DNA of 64,000 bases, taken from the IMG/VR virus record IMGVR_UViG_3300045988_150026, positions 1 to 64,000 of that record. The stretch is one strand, 5' to 3'. The position numbers were made by a program, and so were the translations under genes. The DNA is from a virus. This document shows positions 52,998-61,981 of the stretch, one piece after another; within the stretch, counting starts at the first letter, position 1, and the number at the start of each line of letters is the position of its first letter. The notes beneath the pieces were generated by a model. It saw only the letters and a list, made by a program, of their open reading frames with translations, was not told where the DNA came from and ran no database searches.

Positions 52998-53234
52998 ATG
53001 CTAAAAGTAATTAGAGAATATATAGAAGAGTCTGAGTTATACAGGGAATGCATGGATAGAGTTGATAAGCTTCATTTCGACTCACAGAAAACAGCAATGA
53101 TAAACGGAGCGCACAGTCATCAAGAAAAAGCAGATGAACTGGCAGAAATTATGAATGATGGAATTAGTCCTTATGCTTGGTATTATCATGATGCTATGCA
53201 GTATGGGTATGTTGTGTATTTGGATAATATTTAA
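52998..53234 (+). CDS. hypothetical protein
   Basis: 78 aa. No RBS; the start lies 16 nt after the IS right end. Confidence 0.45.
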   Translation: MLKVIREYIEESELYRECMDRVDKLHFDSQKTAMINGAHSHQEKADELAEIMNDGISPYAWYYHDAMQYGYVVYLDNI

Positions 53235-53248
53235 GGAGGGAACTAATA

Positions 53249-53431
53249 ATGGCAGAAGTAACAAGATTATGTCCTGTTTGTAGGACAATTATGAAATCAG
53301 CAGCTTATAAAGTTGGAAAACAAGATGGTACTGAAAGATTAGAAAATAAGATTTTTACACCTGATGGTATTGGTATTATTGGAAAACTTTTAGTATGCCA
53401 GAAATGTGGAAATTTAGCAGTGGTGAAGTAG
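53249..53431 (+). CDS. zinc-ribbon protein
   Basis: 60 aa. Cysteine pairs CPVC...CQKC. AAGGAGGG RBS. Confidence 0.55.
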   Translation: MAEVTRLCPVCRTIMKSAAYKVGKQDGTERLENKIFTPDGIGIIGKLLVCQKCGNLAVVK

Positions 53432-53433
53432 TT

Positions 53434-53853
53434 ATGGAGAAAGTAATTAAGTATAAATGCGATGAATGTGGAGAATTATTTGACACACCTGAAATGGCAT
53501 TAGCACATGAAATAAGACACGAAAGAATTGAAAAAGCCAATGAAATGCTTAACGAAGGATGTACATTAAAACAAATAAATGATGAGTGTGAGATTTGGGC
53601 TTACGTACCAGAACATTTAGAGAATATAAATAAGGACAACTGTTTCAAAATAAGTTATTGGCAATGTTGTGACAAGCCAGCTTATCAAATTATTCGTATT
53701 TATTTCGATGGATATGTAAACGTAAGAGGATGTGGTTCGTGGAGTGGATATTATGGCAATCGGCTTAGAATAGACGATAGTGATTTAAGAAACCCAAGAC
53801 CAAAAGAAGAGTTATTTGTAGATCCGAGATATGAAGATTTATATAGATTTTAG
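53434..53853 (+). CDS. C2H2-type zinc-finger-like protein
   Basis: 139 aa. CDECGELF...LAHEIRH pattern. Confidence 0.5.
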   Translation: MEKVIKYKCDECGELFDTPEMALAHEIRHERIEKANEMLNEGCTLKQINDECEIWAYVPEHLENINKDNCFKISYWQCCDKPAYQIIRIYFDGYVNVRGCGSWSGYYGNRLRIDDSDLRNPRPKEELFVDPRYEDLYRF

Positions 53854-53865
53854 GAGGAAATAATT

Positions 53866-54276
53866 ATGGAATTAGTTAATATAAATTTATTCGCTGAAGG
53901 ATATTATTCAGGAAGAACATATGAAGATAATATTTGGATCAAAAAATCTTCATATGAAAAATTAATGGATATATTCCCAGAAGAAATATCATGTGGTGAA
54001 TTAGATGGAAAACACAGTGAAGTAATGGGAGAAGTTGATGTACAAGATTATTCCTATACAGATGAATATTACGCAAAGAATGCAGATATTGCGCACGATG
54101 GAGATTATCTTGAATGGTCTTTACGTGATTTGTACGAATCAAATGGACTTGATTGGGTTGAAGAACAGAATGAAATCAACGAATATTTAAGTCGTCTTGA
54201 TTTGCATGAAGAAGTAACTGTGTCAGTTCCGCATAGTAAAGTTAAAGAACTGATGAAGTTTGTTGATAATTTATAA
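53866..54276 (+). CDS. hypothetical acidic protein
   Basis: 136 aa. TAGGAGGA RBS. Confidence 0.6.
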   Translation: MELVNINLFAEGYYSGRTYEDNIWIKKSSYEKLMDIFPEEISCGELDGKHSEVMGEVDVQDYSYTDEYYAKNADIAHDGDYLEWSLRDLYESNGLDWVEEQNEINEYLSRLDLHEEVTVSVPHSKVKELMKFVDNL

Positions 54277-54375
54277 TTTGAAATTTTTCTTTCATTCAGT
54301 AGTCATGAATGCTGCGTGAAAGAAGAAAATAATCAACTACATATGGAGGAAAAGTAAAGTAATTCTAGATAATAT

Positions 54376-54387
54376 GCTTACGTAAGC
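54376..54387. promoter_or_regulatory. 12-bp perfect palindrome GCTTACGTAAGC upstream of the first methyltransferase gene
   Basis: Lies 6 nt after AATTCTAGATAAT and 18 nt before the start codon. Same position as the palindrome at 55430. Confidence 0.4.
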
Positions 54388-54404
54388 CTTGAAAATAAGG
54401 CAAT

Positions 54405-55334
54405 TTGAGCAATACAAATGAAAGAAAAACTTCTACAGATGGACTTAGAGTGTTAAGTCTCTGTGGTGGTGTAGAAACTGGATTATACGCATTACAGCAA
54501 TTGGATATTCCGGTGAAAGAGTATCATACATATGAGATTCTGCCTGAAGCTATTGCAGTTTCTCAGTACCATTTTCCGTTTGTGATACATCATGGTGATT
54601 TATATGAAGCGGATTTTAATCAATTCAAAGGATTTGACTTGTTATTAGCAGGAACTTGTTGCCAAAGTTTGAGTAAAGTCAGAATAGAAAATAAACAAGT
54701 CAACAATGGTTTAGATGGCAAATCAGGTATTTTCTTTAAAGCCATCGAATGTCTTAAGGTAATTCAGCCAAAATATTTCATGTTTGAAAATGTAATACCG
54801 AGTAGAGAAGAGGATCTAAATACAATGACAGAATGCATTGGTGTTGACCCCTTGCTTATTGACTCTGCAATTTTTAGCGCACAGTCGAGAGAAAGATATT
54901 ATTGGACAAACATTCCATTGGGTGAATTACCGGAAGAATCTCCATTAGTTTTAAAAGACGTGATGGAGAATAATGTAAATGAGAAATATTTCTATAAAAA
55001 AGATTTTGAAATCATCGACATGAATAAACGTGTTTGTGCAGAGTTAAAGGTTAATACGATGGAGATGGGTAGACGTATCTATAATCCTGAGTTTAAGTGT
55101 TGTACATTAACGTGTGTTGGTGGTGGATACAACGAAAAGAAAGTTATGGATCATGACAGACCACGAAAATTAACACCTGTTGAATATGAAAGATTACAGG
55201 GACTACCGGATAGATATACGGATGTATTAATAAATGGAAGAAAAATAAGTGATACGAAACGATATTCTATGATGGGTAATGGTTGGAATGAACCGACAGT
55301 AGAGTGGATATTAAGTGGATTGAAAAAAGTGTAA
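54405..55334 (+). CDS. DNA (cytosine-5) methyltransferase
   Basis: 309 aa. TTG start. Motifs LSLCGGVETG (I), GTCCQSLS (IV, PCQ variant), MFENV (VI), RERYYWTN, QGLPDRY, GNGWN (X). Confidence 0.8.
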   Translation: MSNTNERKTSTDGLRVLSLCGGVETGLYALQQLDIPVKEYHTYEILPEAIAVSQYHFPFVIHHGDLYEADFNQFKGFDLLLAGTCCQSLSKVRIENKQVNNGLDGKSGIFFKAIECLKVIQPKYFMFENVIPSREEDLNTMTECIGVDPLLIDSAIFSAQSRERYYWTNIPLGELPEESPLVLKDVMENNVNEKYFYKKDFEIIDMNKRVCAELKVNTMEMGRRIYNPEFKCCTLTCVGGGYNEKKVMDHDRPRKLTPVEYERLQGLPDRYTDVLINGRKISDTKRYSMMGNGWNEPTVEWILSGLKKV

Positions 55335-55429
55335 GAAATTTTCTTTTTACAGGCGTTTGCAACCGCCTTGAAAGCAAGGAGTTTTTTAAAATCAAGAAAG
55401 GTGAAAACAGGTAAATTCTAGAATAAAGA

Positions 55430-55441
55430 GATTGCGCAATC
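55430..55441. promoter_or_regulatory. 12-bp perfect palindrome GATTGCGCAATC upstream of the second methyltransferase gene
   Basis: Lies 8 nt after AATTCTAGAATAA and 25 nt before ATG 55466. Confidence 0.4.
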
Positions 55442-55465
55442 CCCTATAGATAAAGGATTTAAATA

Positions 55466-56443
55466 ATGATAAAAAGCATAAATTCATTCGGACTAACGGT
55501 ATTAAGTTTATGTGATGGAATGTCGTGTGGACAGATAGCGTTAGAACAGGCAGGTTTTAAAGTCGATAAATACTTTGCGTCAGAGATTAAAGACATTGCA
55601 ATTAAAGTAACCAAAGAAAATTATCCAAACACAATTCATATTGGTGATGTAAATAAAATTTTCTATAAAGATGGAATATTACATACTGAAGTCGGAGATT
55701 TTGAAACAAATATTGATGTAGTTATGTTTGGAAGTCCTTGTCAAAGTTTCTCGAGAGCAATGATTAAAGAAAGAAAAATTGGTTTGGATGATCCAAAGCG
55801 TTCAGGTTTGTTTTATGAATGTAATAGAGTACTAAGAGAAGTAAATCCAAAATATTTTCTCATGGAAAATGTTGTTATGAAAAAAGAAGATGAAGAAGTT
55901 ATCAGTAAAATGATTGGAGTAAAGCCTATTAGAATCAATTCTTCTCTTGTTGTTGGTCAACTTAGAGATAGGTATTATTGGACTAATATTCCAGAAGTTA
56001 CAGTACCGGAGGATAAGAAAATAACATTGCAAAGTATTTTAAATGATGGTTATACGCCTGACAAGAAAGCAAAATGTCTTCGTAGAAATGATTCACATGG
56101 ATTTTACAACGGATGCGGTTGGACTCCGATCAAAAGATTCCATAGGTTTTACTATAAATCTTTTGGAACAATGGTATTTCCATCAAAGGAATATTTTGAA
56201 AATTGTTTGGAAGTAACTAAGAAAATATTAAATGGGAGAAAGTCGTCAGCAAAAATGTATGATGATTACAATGGTCATGATTTTGATGATGCAAGATATT
56301 TATGGAAAGAAGAAAGAGCAAGGTTGCAGGGAGTTCCTGAAGAATATGTGAAATATATGTCTGAAAAAGACGCTGCTGACGTTCTTGGAGATGGTTGGAC
56401 AGTACCAGTAATTGCTCATATCTTTAGTTTTATGAAGTTTTAA
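55466..56443 (+). CDS. DNA (cytosine-5) methyltransferase
   Basis: 325 aa. Motifs LSLCDGMSCG (I), GSPCQSFS (IV), MENV (VI), RDRYYWTN, QGVPEEY, GDGWTVPV (X). Confidence 0.85.
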   Translation: MIKSINSFGLTVLSLCDGMSCGQIALEQAGFKVDKYFASEIKDIAIKVTKENYPNTIHIGDVNKIFYKDGILHTEVGDFETNIDVVMFGSPCQSFSRAMIKERKIGLDDPKRSGLFYECNRVLREVNPKYFLMENVVMKKEDEEVISKMIGVKPIRINSSLVVGQLRDRYYWTNIPEVTVPEDKKITLQSILNDGYTPDKKAKCLRRNDSHGFYNGCGWTPIKRFHRFYYKSFGTMVFPSKEYFENCLEVTKKILNGRKSSAKMYDDYNGHDFDDARYLWKEERARLQGVPEEYVKYMSEKDAADVLGDGWTVPVIAHIFSFMKF

Positions 56444-56459
56444 GGAGAGAATAAACATT

Positions 56460-56654
56460 ATGACAATTAAATTCATCAAAGATGTTATCTTCAAAGACCA
56501 AAAAGAAGACAGTGTAAAGATTAAAAAAGGAAAAATTCTTACAGCAAATGTTATAAGAAACGAAGATGGAAAAGAAGAATATGAGATTACTCATAAGAAA
56601 AATACGTTCATGATTCCATATTCTATGAAAGATGTAATGTTTGAGATTTTGTAA
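56460..56654 (+). CDS. hypothetical protein
   Basis: 64 aa. Confidence 0.55.
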   Translation: MTIKFIKDVIFKDQKEDSVKIKKGKILTANVIRNEDGKEEYEITHKKNTFMIPYSMKDVMFEIL

Positions 56655-56716
56655 ATTTATTCAGATTCTTTTGGAGAATAAGTAAATGTACAAATAATGA
56701 TTGAGAGGTATAAACA

Positions 56717-57226
56717 ATGCTTAACGAAAAACAAAAGAATCTGGTAGAAGAAAATTATAATCTAATCTACAAATATGCAAAAGACCACAAGTTAGATATA
56801 GAAGAATTCAGTGGATTGCTTTCTATTGGTTTGTGCAAAGCTGCATTAAATTATGATTCAGATAAAACAAAGTTCTCAACATTTGCTTTCAGATGTATGG
56901 GAAATGAAGTGAGTAATTATTTGAGGAAGATTAATGCAGGTAAGTATTTAAGACATGATGAAGTGTATTCTATGGAAGCATTAAGCGAAGATAACGATAG
57001 ACCTATTAGCGAAACTACATTAATGGTTTCTTCAGAGAATATTGAGGGAGAATATATATTTAAGACTAAGTTTCAAAAAGAATATGACAAGCTGAAAGAT
57101 CAAGTAAAAAATATTATTGCTCTCAAATATCGTGGTTACACAAACAATGAAGTTGCGGAGATTCTGGACATGAAAGCGTCCACTGTAAGTATGGCGTTAA
57201 AGAAATTCAAAATGGCTTTGGTATAG
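56717..57226 (+). CDS. sigma-70-family sigma factor, compact with regions 2 and 4
   Basis: 169 aa. LLSIGLCKAALNYDSDKTKFSTFAFRCMGNEVSNYLRK (region 2). YTNNEVAEILDMKASTVSMALKKF (region 4 HTH). Confidence 0.7.
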   Translation: MLNEKQKNLVEENYNLIYKYAKDHKLDIEEFSGLLSIGLCKAALNYDSDKTKFSTFAFRCMGNEVSNYLRKINAGKYLRHDEVYSMEALSEDNDRPISETTLMVSSENIEGEYIFKTKFQKEYDKLKDQVKNIIALKYRGYTNNEVAEILDMKASTVSMALKKFKMALV

Positions 57227-57252
57227 TGGAAGTATAGAAGTGGTGGTGACAA

Positions 57253-57657
57253 ATGAACAATCGACAAAGAAAGAAATGGCTGAAGAAACAGAATTCATAT
57301 GTAAATCCAAAGGAAACATGGTGCTTAGATGTTAATTTAGCCAAATATATCATTCCAAGATTGAAAAAATTCAAGAAGCTTAACAATGGTTATCCTGGCA
57401 GAGAAGAAATGGATACACCAGAAAAATGGGATGATGCATTAGATAAGATGATTCAAGCGTTTGAATACGTAATAGATTTTGATGAATATTGGTTAGATGA
57501 TCCAAGATATGACTATACGGATATTATGTTTGGCGATAACAAAGAACTTTACGAAAGTATAGTAGAGAATAAAAGAATGGAAGATATTCGCAGGCTCGAA
57601 GCAATTAATGATGGGTTACAGTTATTTGCTAAGTATTATATGAGTTTGTGGTGGTAA
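57253..57657 (+). CDS. hypothetical protein
   Basis: 134 aa. N-terminal MNNRQRKKW. Confidence 0.6.
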   Translation: MNNRQRKKWLKKQNSYVNPKETWCLDVNLAKYIIPRLKKFKKLNNGYPGREEMDTPEKWDDALDKMIQAFEYVIDFDEYWLDDPRYDYTDIMFGDNKELYESIVENKRMEDIRRLEAINDGLQLFAKYYMSLWW

Positions 57658-57745
57658 GAGAATAAATGGCGAGTTTCGTTGGAGAATGTTTCTTAGGAGG
57701 TAATGAAAATGTGCAAAAAAAAGTAACAAATCAAGATATAAGGGG

Positions 57746-58354
57746 TTGAGATTTAATTACAAGATAGATGGAAAAGTATTAATGGATAAATATCAAACGA
57801 TTGATGATTTTCTATCAACAGAATTTCCCAAGAACAATAATCCATTGTCTCCAATAGACGAAACAATATTGTTCAATATTAAGTGGAATAATAATCCAAT
57901 ATTATCGTGTTCTGGTGAACATAAATTAAGTGAAATAAAAAATATTTTAAAGAATTTTGATCCAAACCAACTGGAAAGAAAAGAGATTTATTCAATTGAA
58001 GAAGTTGAAGAAAAAGTAAAAGATGTGTTGTTTGAGAAAAAACGTAATTTGTCTAAAGTGGATTTTGATGGAGATATGATTAAGGGCAACAGTCAGAGGT
58101 ATCAGACATTCTTTACCAAAGGTTGTAGATGTGTAAAGTGTGGAATCGAAGGCAAGTATTTTGTAAAAGAGAAACATTTAAAAGATATAAGTTTCCATCT
58201 TAATCTATATGCCATTGATGAAAACGAAAAAGAAATCTTGATGACAAAAGACCATATTATCCCAAAATCAAAGGGTGGAACTAACGATATTAGCAATTAT
58301 CAGACAATGTGTAAAAAATGCAATGAAGCAAAAGAAAATAGATTAGAAGATTAA
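57746..58354 (+). CDS. HNH endonuclease
   Basis: 202 aa; start uncertain (TTG 57746 or ATG 57782). CVKCG...KDHIIPKSKGGTNDISNYQTMCKKCNEAK is the HNH motif. Confidence 0.75.
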   Translation: MRFNYKIDGKVLMDKYQTIDDFLSTEFPKNNNPLSPIDETILFNIKWNNNPILSCSGEHKLSEIKNILKNFDPNQLERKEIYSIEEVEEKVKDVLFEKKRNLSKVDFDGDMIKGNSQRYQTFFTKGCRCVKCGIEGKYFVKEKHLKDISFHLNLYAIDENEKEILMTKDHIIPKSKGGTNDISNYQTMCKKCNEAKENRLED

Positions 58355-58372
58355 AGAAAGGAAAAATAGAAA

Positions 58373-58420
58373 AGTTCCTATAGGATAAAACGTGCGTTAC
58401 TTACTACGGTAAGAGGAACT
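58373..58420 (+). promoter_or_regulatory. structured leader pairing with the RNA ligase RBS
   Basis: AGTTCCT (58373-58379) pairs with AGGAACT (58414-58420), which overlaps the AAGAGGA RBS. Inner hairpin CTTAC-TACG-GTAAG (58400-58413). Confidence 0.4.
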
Positions 58421-58421
58421 T

Positions 58422-59729
58422 ATGTATTGTGCTTATGTTACAACATTAAAAGGATTAAGAAAACATAGTAATGCAGATAGATTACAGTGTGTTGAAGTTT
58501 TTGGACAAAATGTAATTGTTGATTTGAGCTATAAAGATGGACAAAAGGTAGTTTTCTTTCCATCTGACGGACAATTATCAGAAGAGTATGCAAAAGATAA
58601 TAATCTCGTAAGAATGAAAGATGAAAATGGTAATAATATTGGCGGATATATGGACGCTGAAAAAAGAAATGTTACTGCGATTAGACTCAGAGGTGAAAAA
58701 TCAGAGGGTTTAGTATTGCCTATAGAATCACTTTCTAAGTATGTGGATGTTACAAAATTAAAAGATGGAGATCAGATTACCGTCATTGGTGGTCATGAAA
58801 TCTGTAGAAAATATATTCCAAAAAGTAGTAGAAGAAGCAACAACTCAAGAAAAAGTAGTGATAAGAAGAAAAAAGATAACTCGATTTCTTATCCATTCTT
58901 CGAAGAACACAAAGATACTGCACAGCTTGCGTATAATATGTCTGCGTTTAAACCCGGTGATACTGTATATATTACCCGTAAGCTTCACGGCACGTCAGCT
59001 CGTACCATGAAGACAATTAAAGTAACAAAGAAGAATAATGTATTTAGAAGATTTTTACATATGAAACCTAAATACGAAAAAGAAGTTTCTGTAGTTACAG
59101 GAAGTAGACGAGTTGTATTAAAAGATATGAATAGTACAGATGGTTATTATTCAGATAATACATTCAGAAAGAAATATCACGATTTGTTAAAAGACAAACT
59201 TCCGGAAGGATTTGAAATTTTCTATGAGATTGTTGGTTATGTAAACGAGACAACACCAATCATGGGAACTGTGTCAAACAGCAAAGTAAAAGATAAAGAA
59301 TTCAAGAAGAAATTTGGAGATACAACTGTATTTTCTTATGGCTGCAAACCAGGTGAAAACGAAATGTATGTGTATAGAATGACTGCAACAACAGCAGATG
59401 GTACAGTTGTGGAAATTCCTTGGGAGAATATAAAAGTATGGTGTGACAAACTTGGTGTAAAACATGTACCAGAATTGGAAAAATTTATCTATACAACGCC
59501 TGAAGACTTAAAAGAAAGAGTAAATAAGTATCTTGATGGTATGCCAGTTGATGAGATTGGTAAAACACATATTGCAGAAGGTGTAGTTGTTCGTATTGAC
59601 AATAGAGATTCATTTACTGCATATAAAGATAAAGTGTTCGAATTCAAGGTATGTGAAGGAATTATTAAAGACAATTCAGACGCACCAGACATGGAAGAAG
59701 CAGAAGAATTGCTTAAGGAGATTGTATAA
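58422..59729 (+). CDS. ATP-dependent RNA ligase, Rnl2/Rnl5-like with N-terminal OB-like domain
   Basis: 435 aa. Motif I RKLHGTS (KxHG lysine). The N-terminus NADRLQCVEVFGQNVIV...GQKVVFF resembles a tRNA-binding OB fold. Confidence 0.7.
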   Translation: MYCAYVTTLKGLRKHSNADRLQCVEVFGQNVIVDLSYKDGQKVVFFPSDGQLSEEYAKDNNLVRMKDENGNNIGGYMDAEKRNVTAIRLRGEKSEGLVLPIESLSKYVDVTKLKDGDQITVIGGHEICRKYIPKSSRRSNNSRKSSDKKKKDNSISYPFFEEHKDTAQLAYNMSAFKPGDTVYITRKLHGTSARTMKTIKVTKKNNVFRRFLHMKPKYEKEVSVVTGSRRVVLKDMNSTDGYYSDNTFRKKYHDLLKDKLPEGFEIFYEIVGYVNETTPIMGTVSNSKVKDKEFKKKFGDTTVFSYGCKPGENEMYVYRMTATTADGTVVEIPWENIKVWCDKLGVKHVPELEKFIYTTPEDLKERVNKYLDGMPVDEIGKTHIAEGVVVRIDNRDSFTAYKDKVFEFKVCEGIIKDNSDAPDMEEAEELLKEIV

Positions 59730-60619
59730 TGAATAAGCCAACATTATGGGTTATGGTCGGTTTGTCTGGAAGTGGTAAATCAAGTGTAGCAAAAGAAATC
59801 GCAGAGAATAATTCTAACACAATTATCGTATCATTAGACAATATTTGTGAAGAATTGACTGGTAAAGTAGAAGATCAATCTAAAAATGAAGAAGTATCTA
59901 AAGTATTTCACAAAAGAATTCGTGAGACATTGGAGAATAATACTAATGTAGTTGCTGATGCGACAAATATTACAATGAGGTCGAGACGAGCAATTATTGA
60001 AAATGTCAAAAGTATTGAATGTCATAAAATCGTTTATCTGATTCCAAAACCATTTAGACAATGCAAAATTGATAACCTGAATAGACAACATCCTGTGCCT
60101 GAAGAAGTATTAAATGGGCAGCTTAGAAAATTCCAGATTCCGTTCATGGAAGATGGTTTTGATGAAGGAATTATTTATTACATACATAATAAAAATAGAT
60201 TGGATGCGTTAAAAATGTTTGATAATATGGAAGGTTTTAATCAACAAAATCCGCATCATACTTCAACACTTGCAGACCATTGCAAGAATGCGCATGAATT
60301 GTTTTCAAGACATGGTTATCCGTCAAAATATAATTTGGCAGCGTTATTTCATGATTATGGGAAATTGTACTGTAAAGAATTAGATGATGATGGAATTGCA
60401 CGTTTTTACGGACATGATTCAATTGGTTCATATATGATTTTAGAAAATTTTGCAGAAATATTTTATAAAGATGTTGCCGATATGTGTTTTTTAATTAACT
60501 ATCACATGATGCCTTTTGATTGGACAACAGAAAAATCTAAGGAACGTTGGAAGAAAAGGTTTGGAGAATATAAATATCAGATGCTTTTGGATTTTCATGA
60601 ATGCGATAAAGCGAGGTGA
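59729..60619 (+). CDS. P-loop polynucleotide-kinase-like domain fused to an HD phosphohydrolase domain
   Basis: 296 aa. Walker A GLSGSGKSS. C-terminal NPHHTSTLADH...LFHDYGK (H..HD). ATGA-type overlap with the ligase stop. Confidence 0.7.
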   Translation: MNKPTLWVMVGLSGSGKSSVAKEIAENNSNTIIVSLDNICEELTGKVEDQSKNEEVSKVFHKRIRETLENNTNVVADATNITMRSRRAIIENVKSIECHKIVYLIPKPFRQCKIDNLNRQHPVPEEVLNGQLRKFQIPFMEDGFDEGIIYYIHNKNRLDALKMFDNMEGFNQQNPHHTSTLADHCKNAHELFSRHGYPSKYNLAALFHDYGKLYCKELDDDGIARFYGHDSIGSYMILENFAEIFYKDVADMCFLINYHMMPFDWTTEKSKERWKKRFGEYKYQMLLDFHECDKAR

Positions 60620-60625
60620 GACAAA

Positions 60626-60973
60626 ATGAGATGCAATACAGATTTAGAAACTTGGCTGCATGATTTCGAAGATGATATATTTCGTATCTTAATTTACAGA
60701 AAACCTGGTCAATATACTCCATACGAGATAGAGAATAAGTTTAGTGATGAATCATTGTATGTAGATAATGAGTACAAAAAAGTATTTATTGAAGATGTAA
60801 TAGAACTACCTGACAAAGATGTTCTGATTGGATTCAGAGAAGTTCTTGATGTGAATCAAAACGAAGATGGAGAATATGAATGCGAACTTGCAGATAGCAT
60901 TGAATATTATAAGTTATCAGAAATCAAACTGGAATGTTTCAAGTGTGATCAAGTGACAGGAGGTGAGTTTTAA
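60626..60973 (+). CDS. hypothetical acidic protein
   Basis: 115 aa. Confidence 0.6.
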   Translation: MRCNTDLETWLHDFEDDIFRILIYRKPGQYTPYEIENKFSDESLYVDNEYKKVFIEDVIELPDKDVLIGFREVLDVNQNEDGEYECELADSIEYYKLSEIKLECFKCDQVTGGEF

Positions 60974-60974
60974 T

Positions 60975-61397
60975 ATGGTATCAAGTCAAATTATTGATGT
61001 GATTAACGAATTATGTAGTAAGTTCGGAATTGCAATCGATTGGTCACAGAAAAACGTGCAGCCTTATTTGGAAAGTCTTGTGATAAAAGCTGTAAATTAT
61101 GAATTATATACGTCTATTATGTGGATTGTAATCGGAGCAATTCTATTCGGAATAGGTTTATTTTATTTATCAAAAGCCAACGAGTGTAAAAAGAGATATA
61201 TAAAATATAAAAGAGATTCTATGGTTGACACTGAAAGTGATTATATATGTAAAGATTTATACAGAATATTAGGTTGGTCTTTATTTATAGCTGCTATCCT
61301 TCTTATTATATACAATACAAATGATGTTATTAAATGTATTATATTTCCAGATAAAGTTGTGTTTGATATGATTTATAGTTATTTACCAACTAATTAA
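60975..61397 (+). CDS. membrane protein, 2 transmembrane helices
   Basis: 140 aa. CAGGAGGTGA RBS before ATG 60975. Confidence 0.6.
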   Translation: MVSSQIIDVINELCSKFGIAIDWSQKNVQPYLESLVIKAVNYELYTSIMWIVIGAILFGIGLFYLSKANECKKRYIKYKRDSMVDTESDYICKDLYRILGWSLFIAAILLIIYNTNDVIKCIIFPDKVVFDMIYSYLPTN

Positions 61398-61410
61398 ATG
61401 GAGGATGAAC

Positions 61411-61671
61411 ATGGAAGTATTTCAAAATATTATGATTATTTTCTTGACTGCACTACTACTAGGAATTTTAATTGCATTTTCAATTCTATTAGAGAAGTTC
61501 ATGAAGTTATCAGATGAAGTACATAAGAAACTCTTTGAAATGTCAGTAGAGAATAATACAAATGCGGATGACGGATTCATTCTTGGAGATGAGTTCTTGA
61601 CAGAAGACGAATTGACAAATAAAAGCGATGAAGATTCAAGAGAAGAATTCGGAATTTATTCTGAACGATAA
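61411..61671 (+). CDS. single-pass membrane protein with acidic tail
   Basis: 86 aa. TGGAGGA 7 nt before ATG 61411. Confidence 0.55.
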   Translation: MEVFQNIMIIFLTALLLGILIAFSILLEKFMKLSDEVHKKLFEMSVENNTNADDGFILGDEFLTEDELTNKSDEDSREEFGIYSER

Positions 61672-61837
61672 AAGAGTAATAGTATTATGGTTATACGTCA
61701 GATATGAGGACAAATTCTTGCCGTAATCGTTCAAGATTAACAATTGGATATTGAAAAATAAAGAACTGAATTTGCTCTTTATACATATCAAATAGTAAGC
61801 AATATATGATGTATTTTTAGATTGGTGGTGAGATTTT

Positions 61838-61981
61838 ATGTGGGTGATTTTCTTATTAAGTGCAATCGCATTTGGGCTGGTTGCAATGCTATTCACTTGG
61901 TTAGGGAATAAAATTTTTCTTAGTATGAAGAAGGATGAAGAAAAAACAAAAAGAGAATTAGAAAAGGAGAATAACAAATAG
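61838..61981 (+). CDS. small membrane protein upstream of the SPFH gene
   Basis: 47 aa. Transmembrane helix VIFLLSAIAFGLVAMLFTWL. Its stop overlaps the GTG start of the SPFH gene by 1 nt. Confidence 0.45.
   Translation: MWVIFLLSAIAFGLVAMLFTWLGNKIFLSMKKDEEKTKRELEKENNK

Noticed and set aside
2017-58765. Alternative-frame + strand track ORFs overlapping better genes: 2017..2280, 13176..13361, 14236..14433, 20093..20302, 38960..39178, 40719..40934, 43313..43507, 58765..59010.
   Set aside because: Each is embedded in a longer ORF that has an RBS and/or recognisable motifs. None has its own RBS.
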